A stretch of DNA of 64,000 nucleotides from an uncultured Actinomycetota bacterium (GCA_963789855.1 CAWBMM010000008.1:78005-142004), one strand, 5' to 3'. Counted from the first letter of the stretch, positions 1 to 10,362 are shown. Notes: generated by a model not told the origin, from the letters alone. Translations and numbers: made by a program.

Positions 1-14
1 GCAGGCGGCGGCGG

Positions 15-321
15 GTGCGGCAGGCGGCGGCGGTGCGGCTCACCCGGCGCGGCCGGCTGCTGCTCACCGGTCTGGCGATGCTGGTGCTGGTGGCGGCTGC
101 CGTGCTGCTCTCGGGCGGGCTGCCGGCCACGGCGGGCACCGACGGTGGGTCGGCCGCGACCGCCCAGCGGGTGACCGTCGCGCCGGGCGAGACGCTCTGG
201 CAGATCGCCGAGCGCAGTCGCGCCCGGCGCCGACCCGCGCGAGACCGTGCAGCGCATCCTCGACCTCAACGGCCTGCGGACCGCCGAGATCCAGTCCGGC
301 ACCGCGCTGCTGCTGCCCTGA
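15..321 (+). pseudogene. LysM-domain secreted/membrane-anchored protein; reading frame broken once as sequenced
   Basis: ORF 15..338 carries a TM/signal segment (LLLTGLAMLVLVAAAVLL) and the LysM core VTVAPGETLWQIAER. The conserved tail ADPRETVQRILDLNGLRTAEIQSGTALLLP* continues in the +1 frame and stops at TGA 319-321, implying one extra base near 215-220. A LysM gene upstream of nrdR is a common actinobacterial arrangement. Confidence 0.6.
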
Positions 322-549
322 CCGCGCGGCTCCGGTGACCTGCACCGGGGCATGGACGTCGCGCAGCTGGACCCGGTGCTCCGGCTGCTGCCGCACCGCC
401 GCGCCGGTGCCCGGTTCGTCCCGCTCGACACGCCGCTCCGGCGATGCCGTTCGCGGACCGCGCGGCACCCGCCCTGAGGCCCTGACCTGCGGCGATGCGG
501 GCGCGGTGGCCCGGCCGAGAAATCAGCCGAACGGACCAGGCCAAGGCCC

Positions 550-630
550 TTGCACATGTGGTGGTCGGGGAGCATACTTACCCCCACATCTTGTGAATGA
601 CATCGCTGTAGTTATCCACATGTAGTCCCC
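550..630 (+). promoter_or_regulatory. Putative nrdR-nrdJ promoter overlapped by three phased NrdR-box-like near-palindromes
   Basis: This is the only AT-richer stretch upstream of nrdR. The motifs are tgCACATGTGgtg, ccCACATCTTGTGa and tcCACATGTAGTc, with the CACAT core starting at 553, 585 and 617 (exact 32-bp phasing). TTGCAC (550-555), a 17-nt spacer and CATACT (573-578) resemble a -35/-10 pair. Confidence 0.5.
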
Positions 631-710
631 AGGTGATGGCTCGCGGTCAACAGCTTTCCCCCAGCCCGTCCCCAGCCCGGTCCACAGCAACGGCCCCGAG
701 GAGGTCCCCG

Positions 711-1334
711 ATGCACTGCCCGTTCTGCCGCCACACCGACACCCGGGTCGTCGACTCGCCGGGCCAGCCGACGACGGCACCGCGATCCGCCGCCGCCGCC
801 AGTGCCCGCGAGTGCGGGCGCCGGTTCACCACCGTCGAGACCGCGCAGCCTCGTCGTGGTCAAGCGCTCCGGCGCCACCGAGCCGTTCAGCCGCGACAAG
901 GTCGCTCGTCGGCGTCCGCAAGGCCTGCCAGGGCCGCCCGGTCACCGAGGACGACCTGGCGCTGCTCGGCCCAGCGGGTCGAGGAGGCGCGTGCGGGCCA
1001 GCGGGGTGCGCCGAGATCGACGCCCACGAGGTCGGCCTGGCCGATCCTCGGGCCGCTGCGCGAGCTCGACGAGGTCGCCTACCTGCGGTTCGCGCGCGTC
1101 TACCGGGCCTTCGAGTCCCTCGAGGACTTCGAGGCCGAGATCGCGCTGCTGCGGGCCGAGCGCGACGCCGACCGGCCGGAGCCGAGCCGACGCGCCGCCG
1201 GCCGTCGGCCGGGCGACCACAGACCGCCCGGCGACGCACGCCGGAAGCCACGCACCGAGGCAGCAGTCGCCGTCGGACGACAGCACGATGACCGACATCA
1301 GCAGCGGTTCGCAGGGCAGAGGAGCAGACGATGA
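711..1334 (+). pseudogene. nrdR: NrdR transcriptional repressor of ribonucleotide reductase genes; at least 9 single-base insertions as sequenced
   Basis: ATG 711 follows GAGGAGG (698-704). The Zn-ribbon [16 protein letters not shown] is followed by [79 protein letters not shown] and [39 protein letters not shown] (ATP-cone). These blocks rotate through the three frames, always by +1. The TGA at 1332-1334 overlaps the nrdJ ATG (ATGA). Confidence 0.85.
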
Positions 1335-4244
1335 CGGAGACGCGCAGCGCGAGCCGCGCAGGCGGCCCGCAGAGCGGCCGCGCGCAAGGGTCTGACGATC
1401 GAGCGCATCTTCACCACGCCGGGCGTGCACCCCTACGACGAGGTGACCTGGGAGCGGCGCGACGTCGTCCAGACAGAACTGGAAGACCGGCGAGACCGTC
1501 TTCGAGCAGCGCGGCGTCGAGTTCCCCGACTTCTGGTCGGTCAACGCCTCCACGATCGTCACCACCAAGTACTTCCGCGGCGCCGTCGGCACCGACGCCC
1601 GCGAGTGGAGCCTGCGGCAGCTCATCGACCGGGTCGTGCTGACCTACACGCAAGGCCGGCGAGGAGCACGGCTACTTCGCCACCGCCCGCCGACGCCGAG
1701 GTCTTCGAGCACGAGCTGACCTGGCTGCTGCTGCACCAGGTGTTCTCGCTTCAACTCCCCGGTCTGGTTCAACGTCGGCACCGCCGGCGCCGCAGCAGGT
1801 CAGTCGCCTGCTTCATCCTCGCCGTCGACGACTCGATGGACTCGATCCTCAACTGGTACAAGGAGGAGGGCTTCATCTTCAAGGGCGGCTCCGGCGCCGG
1901 CCTCAACCTCTCCCGCATCCGCTCCTCCAAGGAGCTGCTGTCCTCCGGCGGCACGGCGTCCGGCCCGGTCTCGCTTCATGCGCGGCGCCGACGCGTCCGC
2001 GGGCACCATCAAGTCCGGCGGCGCCACCCGTCGCGCGGCCAAGATGGTCGTGCTCGACGTCGACCACCCCGACATCGAGGAGTTCGTCGAGACCAAGGCG
2101 CGCGAGGAGGACAAGATCCGCGCGCTGCGCGACGCCGGCTTCGACATGGACCTCGGCGGCAAGGACATCACCTCGCGTCCAGTACCAGAACGCCAACAAC
2201 TCGGTCCGCGTCACCGACGAGTTCATGCGCGCGGTCGAGGAGGGCACCGAGTTCGGGCTGCGCGCCCGCAACGACCGGCGAGGTCATCGAGACCGTCGAC
2301 GCCCGCGAGCTGTTCGCGCAAGATCGCCAAGGCCGCGTGGGAGTGCGCCGACCCGGGCATCCAGTACGACGACACGATCAACGACTGGCACACCAACCCC
2401 GAGACCGGCCGGATCACCGCGTCCAACCCGTGCTCGGAGTACATGTCGCTCGACAACTCCTCGTGCAACCTGGCCGTCGCTGAACCTGCTGAAGTTCCTC
2501 AAGCGACGACGACACCTTCGACGCGCGCGACCGTTCGCCAAGGTCGTCGAGCTGGTCATCACCGCGATGGACATCTCGATCTGCTTCGCCGACTTCCCGA
2601 CCGAGGCGATCGGCGACACCACCCGCAAGTACCGCCAGCTCGGCATCGGCTACGCCAACCTCGGCGCGCTGCTGATGGCGACCGGCCTGGGCTACGACTC
2701 CGACGGCGGCCGCGCGCTCGCCGCGTCGATCACCTCGCTGATGACCGGCACGTCGTACAAGCGCTCGGCCGAGCTCGCCGGCGTCGTCGGCCCGTACGAC
2801 GGCTACGCCCGCAACGCCGACGCCCACAAGCGGGTCATGCGCAAGCACGCCGGCCGCCAACGACACGATCCGCACGCTCGACGTCGATCGACAAGGACGT
2901 GCACAAGCGTGGCCACCAAGGCGTGGGACGACGTCGTCAAGATCGGCGACGAAGAACGGCTTCCGCAACGCGCAGGCCTCGGTGCTCGCGCCGACCGGCA
3001 CCATCGGCTTCATGATGGACTGCGACACCACCGGCATCGAGCCCGACTTCTCGCTGGTGAAGTTCAAGAAGCTGGTCGGCGGCGGCTCGATGCAGATCGT
3101 CAACCAGACGATCCCGCGGGCGCTGCGCAAGCTCGGCTACACCGAGGAGACCGATCGAGGCGATCGTCGAGTACATCGCCGAGCACGGCCACGTCATCGA
3201 CGCCCCCGGCCTGCAAGCCCGAGCACTACGAGGTCTTCGACATGCGCGATGGGCGAGCGCGCCATCGCGCCGATGGGCCACGTGCGGATGATGGCGGCGG
3301 CGCAGCCGTTCCTGTCCGGCGCGATCTCCAAGACGGTCAACCTGCCGGAGACGGCGACGGTCGAGGAGATCGAGGACGTCTACTTCCAGGGCTGGAAGCT
3401 CGGCCTCAAGGCGCTGGCGGTCTACCGCGACAACTGCAAGGTCGGCCAGCCGCTGTCCGACGCCAAGGGCACCAGCAGGGACAACGGCGTCGAAGGCCGA
3501 CGGCCGCCGCGGCCGAGACGGTCGTCGAGTACCGGCCCGACCCGCAAGCGGCTGCCGAAGACGCGGCCGGCGCGGACCACGTCGTTCACCGTCGGTGGCG
3601 CCGAGGGCTACATGACCGCCGGCGTCCTACCCCGACGACGGCGCTCGGCGAGGTCTTCCTCAAGATCTCGGCAAGCAGGGCTCGACCCTGGCCGGCGTGA
3701 TGGACGCCTTCTCGATCGCGATCTCGATCGGCCTGCAGTACGGCGTGCCGCTGGAGACCTACGTCTCGAAGTTCACCAACATGCGCTTCGAGCCGGCCGG
3801 CCTCACCGACGACCCGGACGTCCGGATGGCGCAGTCGATCATGGACTACATCTTCCGCCGCCTGGCGCTGGACTACCTGCCCTTCGAGACCGCGCTCGGC
3901 GCTCGGCATCTACACCGCCGACGAGCGGGCCGCGTCAGCTCGAGACCGGCTCCTACGAGCGCCGAGGAGTCGAGACCGAGGACGATGCGAGTCGAGCCGA
4001 GCTCGAGACGCTCGCGCAGTCCGCGCCGGTCGACCGAGGCGCCGAACGCCGAGGCCGCGAGTCGCCGAGACGGCGGCGGTCAAGGCGGCGCCCGAGGGTG
4101 CGCACTCCTCGGCCGAGCTGCTCGAGGCGATCACCGGGCACCGCGTCCGACGCCCCGCTGTGCATGACCTGCGGCACGAAGATGCGCCCGGCCGGCTCCT
4201 GCTACGTCTGCGAGGGCTGCGGCAGCACCAGCGGCTGCAGCTGA
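1331..4244 (+). pseudogene. nrdJ: Class II adenosylcobalamin-dependent ribonucleotide reductase NrdJ; roughly 34 +1 frameshifts as sequenced
   Basis: Colinear NrdJ blocks are spread over all three frames: LTIERIFTTPGVHPYDEVTWERRDVVQT; FEQRGVEFPDFWSVNASTIVTTKYFRGAVG; ACFILAVDDSMDSILNWYKEEGFIFKGGSGAGLNLSRIRSSKELLSSGG; FMRGADASAGTIKSGGATRRAAKMVVLDVDHPDIEEF; ECADPGIQYDDTINDWHTNPETGRITASNPCSEY; VVELVITAMDISICFADFPTE; [40 protein letters not shown]; [15 protein letters not shown]; [34 protein letters not shown]. The C-terminal Zn ribbon is [27 protein letters not shown]. Confidence 0.85.
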
Positions 4245-4325
4245 TGTGAACAGTCAGGGGATGGCCCGGCTTCTTCGACCGGCAATGTCTGCGTTTCGGT
4301 CACGGGGTCATCGACCCTAGGCATG

Positions 4326-4361
4326 ACGGAGCTCGGCCTCGCCTCTGAGGCCGAGCTCCGT
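4326..4361. terminator. Perfect 15-bp stem / 6-nt loop hairpin between convergent nrdJ and the LuxR gene
   Basis: ACGGAGCTCGGCCTC gcctct GAGGCCGAGCTCCGT lies 80 nt after the nrdJ stop and 60 nt after the stop of the minus-strand gene. There is no clear U-tract (followed by TGTGG). Confidence 0.5.
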
Positions 4362-4423
4362 TGTGGCAGGCGAGGAAGGGGCTGGGCGGATCGGCGCCCG
4401 GGGTCACTGGCCGAGGCGGCAGC

Positions 4424-5206
4424 TCAGACTGCGTCGAGGAATGCGTGGACGCGAGCCACTGCCTCGGTCCGGCTTTGCACGCCGAGGCGGAAGAAGGCGT
4501 TCTCGAGGTGTTTGCGCACGGTCGTATCGGAGATTCCGAGCGTGCGAGCGATCTGCGTGTTACCTGCGCCATGGGCCACCTGGCGCAAGACTTCCCACTG
4601 TCGTGGCGTCAGGTTCGGTACGCCACGAAGCTCCCGGTCGCGGCGCGTGTGCAGCTCAGCGACGTGCGGGCGTGCCAGGGCGAGCATCGCCTTCTCTCGG
4701 TCGGAGAAATGTGGGCTGCCCTCACTGCGGAAGAGAAGCAGACGTCGGTCGGTGCCGCCCAGCGGTGTCATCGGGACCAGGACCTCGTCCGTCAGGCCCT
4801 CCGTCAGGCTCATCGCGGCGTACGCCGAACCCGTCGGCGTGCTTGCCCAGGCCCGCTGGCTCCACATCTCGGCTTGATGAAGCAGGGTGGAGTAGTCGCC
4901 GGTGGTCAGCGGGCCGGCGCAGCCGTCCGGCTCCCAGAATTCTTGCCAGAACAGCTGTACGTACTCGTCGCTCGCGCCCACCGACTCGTCTCGCTGCACT
5001 CCCTCGTCGGTCACGACCAGCTGCCTGAGTCGTTGTTCGGCGACGTCCATCAGCTGGAAGGTGATGTCGTCGCAGGGGATCAGCTCGCGCAGGCCGGTGA
5101 GCACGTCGGCATAGAAGATGTCATCGTCGGCGGCCGCTTGGCACCCCTCGAACAGGCCGAGCAAGGCACCGATGTCGGTGTCGGTCATGACCCAGGTACC
5201 CGTCAC
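4424..5206 (-). CDS. LuxR-family transcriptional regulator (N-terminal sensory domain plus C-terminal HTH)
   Basis: The C-terminus LTPRQWEVLRQVAHGAGNTQIARTLGISDTTVRKHLENAFFRLGVQSRTEAV is a canonical LuxR/GerE HTH. The ORF is an intact 260 aa. Confidence 0.75.
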   Translation of the reverse strand: MTGTWVMTDTDIGALLGLFEGCQAAADDDIFYADVLTGLRELIPCDDITFQLMDVAEQRLRQLVVTDEGVQRDESVGASDEYVQLFWQEFWEPDGCAGPLTTGDYSTLLHQAEMWSQRAWASTPTGSAYAAMSLTEGLTDEVLVPMTPLGGTDRRLLLFRSEGSPHFSDREKAMLALARPHVAELHTRRDRELRGVPNLTPRQWEVLRQVAHGAGNTQIARTLGISDTTVRKHLENAFFRLGVQSRTEAVARVHAFLDAV

Positions 5207-5286
5207 GGCGCTACCTCCGTTCCGCCTGGACCTCCAGGCTACGGCGACCCCGCCGTCCGGGAAGCCGGGGCCACGTCAGCCAAGGC

Positions 5287-5751
5287 TCAGACCGGACAGG
5301 TGCCCGGGTCCGACTCGTCGGTCCGTGCGGACCCCCCTGTCGGCACCCGCGGAAAGGTGACGTACAGGACGTAGGGCACCGTGCCCGTGTTGAGGACGTT
5401 GTCCACCTCCCCGGGACGCTCGATGAAGGCCTGCCCCGCGCTGTACGTCGTGATTGTGCACCGGCCGGCATCCGGGGAGTACACGGTGAGCGCCCCTTGC
5501 TGGACGACGACGATCGCGCCTCCCGGGTGGGAGTGCCAGCCGGCGGAACCGCCCGGCTGCACTGTGATCTGCGCCATGACGACGTCGGTGCCGAACTGAA
5601 GCGGGATGGTTCCCCGCGAGGTGTCGGCGCCCCGTGCCAGGGGGACATTCGTCAGGGCTGACGGCGGTGTGGCCGTGCTCGGTGCCGCAGTCCCTGCCGT
5701 GACCGCGACCGTGAGTCCTGCGAGGAGTGTCCATCTAGTGGCGGCTCTCAT
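5287..5751 (-). CDS. Secreted cupin-domain protein
   Basis: It has an N-terminal signal-like segment (MRAATRWTLLAGLTVAVTAGTAAP) and the cupin motif ITVQPGGSAGWHSHPGGAIVVVQQG. Confidence 0.7.
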   Translation of the reverse strand: MRAATRWTLLAGLTVAVTAGTAAPSTATPPSALTNVPLARGADTSRGTIPLQFGTDVVMAQITVQPGGSAGWHSHPGGAIVVVQQGALTVYSPDAGRCTITTYSAGQAFIERPGEVDNVLNTGTVPYVLYVTFPRVPTGGSARTDESDPGTCPV

Positions 5752-5841
5752 GTGTCGTCCCTCCGTTCGAACCTCCGGGCGCGCGGAGTCGCGGCCGTGG
5801 TGGAGCAGGTCGGGCAGCTAGCGACCGTCGTGCGAGACCGT

Positions 5842-6111
5842 TCATCGGACCTGGCTCTCACTTGAATCTCGGGATGGTCGACACCTCCGACGTCCCCGGG
5901 CCGAGACCGCCCGGATCAGGCAACCGGAGGAACCGCGCCGAAAGCGCCGTGGGTAAGAGGTATGCGCAGACAAGTCGGCGACGAGCGGGCAACTTTGCGA
6001 GGGACCGGCCATCGCAGATTCTGTCACGGCAATGACGACGGCCGTGACGATCCACGCGGCGATGACCCACCAGCGAGCGCGCACGACGAACGTCCCGAGA
6101 GCCGCGAACAT
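5842..6111 (-). pseudogene. Stub of an MMPL/RND-type transporter gene (N-terminal ~30 codons recognisable, remainder absent)
   Basis: From ATG 6111 (minus strand) the ORF reads MFAALGTFVVRARWWVIAAWIVTAVVIAV, the stereotyped MMPL N-terminus. No MMPL-like sequence follows in any frame before the cupin gene at 5751. Confidence 0.4.
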
Positions 6112-6199
6112 GGCCCGATGGCTATCGACACCGCTCCGCCGGGTGACGCAGCACGACCGCCGGCCAGACTTGGCGACGGCTGAGTGAGCCAGGCCGGTG

Positions 6200-6862
6200 T
6201 CAGGTCGTACGGCTGGTGCTGGCTCTCTCGTGCAGGTAGGCGAGCACGGCGAGGACCCGCCGGTGGTCTTCATCGCTGCCGCCCAGACCCAGCTTGGCGA
6301 GCAGCGAGGAGACGTGGGTCTCCACGGTGCGCGGAGTGAGCCAGAGCCGTCGTGCGATGCCGAGGTTGGTGCGGCCCTCGGCCATCAGGGCCAGGACCTC
6401 GAGCTCGCGCGGGGTCAGCCGAGCGAGTGGGTCTGCGCTGCGGTGGTGACCCATCAGCATGCGTACGACGTCGGGGTCGAGCGCCGACCCGCCGAGGGCG
6501 ACTCGCTTGAGCGCGTCGAGGAAGTCCTCCACGTCCAGGACGCGGTCCTTCAGCAGGTAGCCGAAGTGGCCGCCGGTGACCAGCTCGACCGAGTGCCTGG
6601 TCTCGACGTGCTGGGAGAGCAGGACGATGCCCAGGGTCGGGTGCCGGCTGCGCAGCTCGCGGGCGGCCCTGGCGCCGTCGTCGCTGAGGTCGGGCGGCAT
6701 CCGCACGTCGACCAGGGCCAGATCCGGCTGGCACGCGTCGACGGCGGCCACCAGCGACGGGGCGTCGGCAGCCTTGGCCACGACGTCGTGCCCGGCGTCC
6801 TCGAGCAGCCGGGACATGCCCTCACGGAAGAGGGTCGAGTCCTCGCCGATCACGATCCGCAC
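6200..6862 (-). CDS. NarL/LuxR-family response regulator
   Basis: The receiver reads MRIVIGEDSTLFREG...LALVDVRMPP. The LuxR HTH reads LTPRELEVLALMAEGRTNLGIARRLWLTPRTVETHVSSLLAKLG. Confidence 0.9.
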   Translation of the reverse strand: MRIVIGEDSTLFREGMSRLLEDAGHDVVAKAADAPSLVAAVDACQPDLALVDVRMPPDLSDDGARAARELRSRHPTLGIVLLSQHVETRHSVELVTGGHFGYLLKDRVLDVEDFLDALKRVALGGSALDPDVVRMLMGHHRSADPLARLTPRELEVLALMAEGRTNLGIARRLWLTPRTVETHVSSLLAKLGLGGSDEDHRRVLAVLAYLHERASTSRTT

Positions 6863-8818
6863 GGAAGGACCACCTCCAGCGTGGTCCCGGCACCGGGCGG
6901 GCTGGCCAGGTGGAGCACGCCGCCGTGGGCAGCGACCCGGTCCTCGAGCCCGGCCAGCCCGGATCCGTCTCGGCGGTGCGCACCGCCGACGCCGTCGTCG
7001 CGGATGCTGATGTACAGCTGGCTGGCGCGGGCGTCGATGCGGATGTGGATGTTCTCGGCGCGGGCGTGCTTGATGGCGTTGCTGACGGCCTCGCAGGCGA
7101 CGAAGTACGCCGTGGTCTCGACGTCATCGGGGAGCTGGCTGGCCTCGACCTCCAGGGCGACGGTGATGGGTACCGAGCTGACCATCCCGGACAGCGCGGA
7201 GGCCAGCCCGTCGTCCAGACAGCTCGGGCGGATGCCGTGCGCGAGCTGGCGAAGCTCGCTCACTGCGGTGCCGAGCTGGGCGACCGCGCCGTCCAGAACG
7301 TCGCCCACGTCCACCTGGTCGGCGTCCTCCGGCCGCGCCAGCCGACGCTGCGCGAGCCGAAGCGTCATGCCCAGCGACACCAGCCGCTGCTGGGCCCCGT
7401 CGTGCAGGTCGCGTTCGAGCCGCCGGCGCTCGTGGTACCCGATGCGCAGCAGGCGGGCGCGGCTGCCCTCCACCTCCGCGAGCGCCCGCCGCAGCTGCAA
7501 CCGCAGCCGCACCACCTCGACGATCGGCGCGGCGGTCACGGCGACCTCGCGAAGCAGCTCCCGCGACGTGCTCCCGGCCGACAGCTCACCGATGACGACG
7601 CCGTCGAGCAGCACCGGGACGGCGTCGGGCGCCCGGCTGACCGCCTCGCCAGCAGCATCGAGCATCTCCGCCGGTGCCTGCCCGGGACCGGCGAACGCCA
7701 CCGTCAGGCTCGAGTCGTCCAGGGCGTCGCGCAGCACGTCCGTCAGGTTCTCCGGTGCCTCCTGCAAGGCGGAGGTGCGGCGACGCAACGCCTCGACGGC
7801 GGCGGTGGCCGTCGCCCGCGCCGGGTACAGCCGCCGGTCGACCACGCTCTGCAGCCGCCTCCGCGCCGGCGCGAGCAGCGCAGCGCACAGGGCGGTCGCG
7901 ATCACGGCCGCGCCGACCGAGCCGGCGCCGAGGACGAGACCGGCGACGACGTCGACCACCGTGAAGAGCCCGAGCAGCACCGCGGTGAGGGTGCCGTGGA
8001 TGACGGTTGCCGAGAGCGCGCGGTCGACATCGAGGATGTCCGGACACAGCAGGGCGACGGCAACGACCGCGGGTATGCCGACGTACATCAAGGCCAGGCC
8101 GACGATCACCACGTCTGCCGTGCCGAGCAGCAGGTAGCTCGCCCAGCAGGAGAGCAGCGTGATCGGCAGCAGAGCGGTCCCGAGCGCCAGCCACCGCCAC
8201 TGCACCCGCTCGGCCGGACCGGCGTGCCGGTACCTGCGCCGGGAGACCAGCGCGGTGGCCACCAGGACCACCAGCAGGCCTGGCAACGTGACTGACCAGG
8301 ACCTGGTCCCACGGCTCGGGCATCGTCCCGAACACGTGCGGGGCGTCCTGGTACGGCGCATCGAACGGCCCTGGTGCCGTCGCCGCCAGCACCAGGAACG
8401 CACCGACGTCCACCAGCATGGCTGCGAGCAGCCAGCGACTGGCCGTGCTCTGCAGCCGGCCGTCCGGGAAGCAGAGGACCAGCACGACGATGGCGAGATA
8501 GAACAGGATCCAGGCGCCCTGCCCGGCTACGTCGACGTAGACCGCCCCGGGCGGCTCGGGAGCGGCATCGAGGACCTCGCCCCCCAGCAGGAGGGCCGCG
8601 ACGAAGCCGACCAGCGCGAGCAGCGGTGCAAGCCGGTGACCCGGTCGGCGTCGGTCAACCAGCAGCCCGGCGGCCACGGGAACGCCGGCCATGGCCGCAG
8701 CGATGGCCGCCTCGCCCAGCAAGGGCACCGACCGGTGCGTGATCGCAACGGCGGTGGCAGCCAGGACCAGCGCCGCCGACAGACCGGCGAGCGCGCGCGT
8801 CAACCAGCGCGACACCAC
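6850..8818 (-). pseudogene. Membrane sensor histidine kinase (NarX/DesK-like HisKA_3 type), one +1 frameshift near 8290
   Basis: The N-terminal TM region (ORF 7586..8818 frame, up to MPEPWDQVLVS) continues as TLPGLLVVLVATALV in the ORF 6850..8403 frame. The H-box is ERRRLERDLHDGAQQRL, with an HATPase (DDGVGG...GSGLAGLEDRV). It overlaps the response regulator start by 13 bp. Confidence 0.8.
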
Positions 8819-8956
8819 TCCCGCAGGCTACGGCCGATGACAAGGTCCCAGGCTCCGTGCTGGCACGGAGGAACAAGCCGGTGGCACCCCCCAGGACGTC
8901 CGTCCCCTCCCGAGGCACGGTGAACAGGTCAGGCCCACGGCGACCCGGGAGGACCA

Positions 8957-9670
8957 GTGATGAGCGCAACCACCACGACCAGGGACGGGCAGGCGGTCCG
9001 GACCGTGCCGTCCGGGCGCACGGCGGTCCGCCTCGCCTTCGTCGGGCTGGTGATCGGCACGATCGGCGACCGCGTGCTGGGGTTCTGGCACCCGGAGCCG
9101 GACTCGGCGGGCGCGTTCAGCTACCGCTTCGTGTCGGGGATGCGGGACACCTGGTGGGGCATGCACTTCTTCGGCAGCATGGCGGTGTCGTTGGAGGCCG
9201 TCACCTTCGCGGCCCTGGTGCTGGTGCTGATCCGTGACCGCGGTGTCCGTTGGGCGGCCACCGGCGCGGCACTGCTCACGATCGGTGGCCTGTTCTTCGC
9301 TGCCGGGCTGGCCGGCGAGGGCGTGGTGGACGCCACCGCGGTCGACCCGAGCGCCCTGCCGCCGGCAACCGGGGCCCGACTGCTGGCTCACGTGGAGGAC
9401 AACCCGGAGCGGTACCTGGTCGGGATCCTGCCCGGGCTGGCGCTCACGACTCTGGGCATCGTGGTGATTGCCGTCGCCCTGTGGAGGTCGGGTCTGATGG
9501 CCCGCCGTTGGCCCGTGCTCCTGGTGGTCGGTGTCGCGTCCTCCTCCGCGGCCCCGTTCGGCATCATCGGCGCAGCCATCAGCACCGTCTCGTTGACGGT
9601 TGCGACGCTCGTGGTCGGCTGGCGCGCGACGGCCGCGGTCGGTGCGCCACCGGTTCAGGTCGACGGGTAG
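8957..9670 (+). CDS. Hypothetical polytopic membrane protein
   Basis: This is an intact 237-aa ORF with about 6 hydrophobic segments. I recognised no catalytic motif. Confidence 0.5.
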   Translation: MMSATTTTRDGQAVRTVPSGRTAVRLAFVGLVIGTIGDRVLGFWHPEPDSAGAFSYRFVSGMRDTWWGMHFFGSMAVSLEAVTFAALVLVLIRDRGVRWAATGAALLTIGGLFFAAGLAGEGVVDATAVDPSALPPATGARLLAHVEDNPERYLVGILPGLALTTLGIVVIAVALWRSGLMARRWPVLLVVGVASSSAAPFGIIGAAISTVSLTVATLVVGWRATAAVGAPPVQVDG

Positions 9671-9738
9671 GGACCCCGCGAACGTCCGCCGCTCGACCCC
9701 GCTGCCGTCGTCGGCACGAGCCATAGCAGGATCAGGCT

Positions 9739-10362
9739 GTGACGGACTGGCAGGCGTGGCACGGCGACTACGACGATCAGGACTCGTCCTTGTCGCGTCG
9801 GCTGCGCGTCGTCCAGCAGCGGCTGACCGAGGTCGTCTCGGCAGCGGCCGGGGTGCGGCGGATCCTGAGCCTCTGCTCCGGTGACGGCCGCGACATCGTG
9901 CCCGTCGTTGCTCGGCTGCCTCACGAACGGCGACCGGAGGTCGTGCTCGTGGAGCTGGACCGGGCCTTGGCTGTCGCCGCGGAGCAGCGGGCGCTCGATG
10001 TCGGCGTCGCCGCGAAGGTCGTGGTGGGCGACGCCGGGCTGGCCGCGACGTGGCAGGACGCCGTGCCGGTCGACCTGCTCATGCTGTGCGGCATCTTCGG
10101 CAACATCTCTGACGCCGACGTCCGCGCCACCATCAACGCAGCGCGTGGCTTGCTGACGAGCGAAGGCACCGTCATCTGGACGCGCGGCTACTTCTCAGAT
10201 CACGACCTGCGTCCCCAGGTGCGGGCGTGGTTCACGGCGGCGGGCTTCACCGAGATCGCCTTTGATGCCGAGCCGACGGGCTACGGCGTCGGCGTGAACC
10301 AGCTGGCATCAGCCCCGGATGCCACTCTCGTGCCGGAACGGCTGTTCACCTTCGTGCGGTAG
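9739..10362 (+). CDS. Class I SAM-dependent methyltransferase-like protein
   Basis: ILSLCSGDGRDIV is a motif-I-like G-rich loop. LLMLCGIFGNISD matches typical post-II/III segments. Confidence 0.55.
   Translation: MTDWQAWHGDYDDQDSSLSRRLRVVQQRLTEVVSAAAGVRRILSLCSGDGRDIVPVVARLPHERRPEVVLVELDRALAVAAEQRALDVGVAAKVVVGDAGLAATWQDAVPVDLLMLCGIFGNISDADVRATINAARGLLTSEGTVIWTRGYFSDHDLRPQVRAWFTAAGFTEIAFDAEPTGYGVGVNQLASAPDATLVPERLFTFVR

Noticed and set aside
322-549. I looked for a cobalamin riboswitch or other structured leader between the LysM gene and nrdR.
   Set aside because: No B12-box-like sequence or obvious conserved helices were seen. Cobalamin riboswitches classically control B12-independent class I nrd genes, not nrdJ. 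I cannot run a covariance-model scan here.
1331-4244. Whether the nrdJ disruption could be an intein, programmed frameshifting or recoding.
   Set aside because: The conserved blocks are colinear with no inserted Hint or endonuclease sequence. About 34 shifts with no shared slippery motif cannot be programmed. The uniform +1 sign across unrelated genes points to a technical cause.
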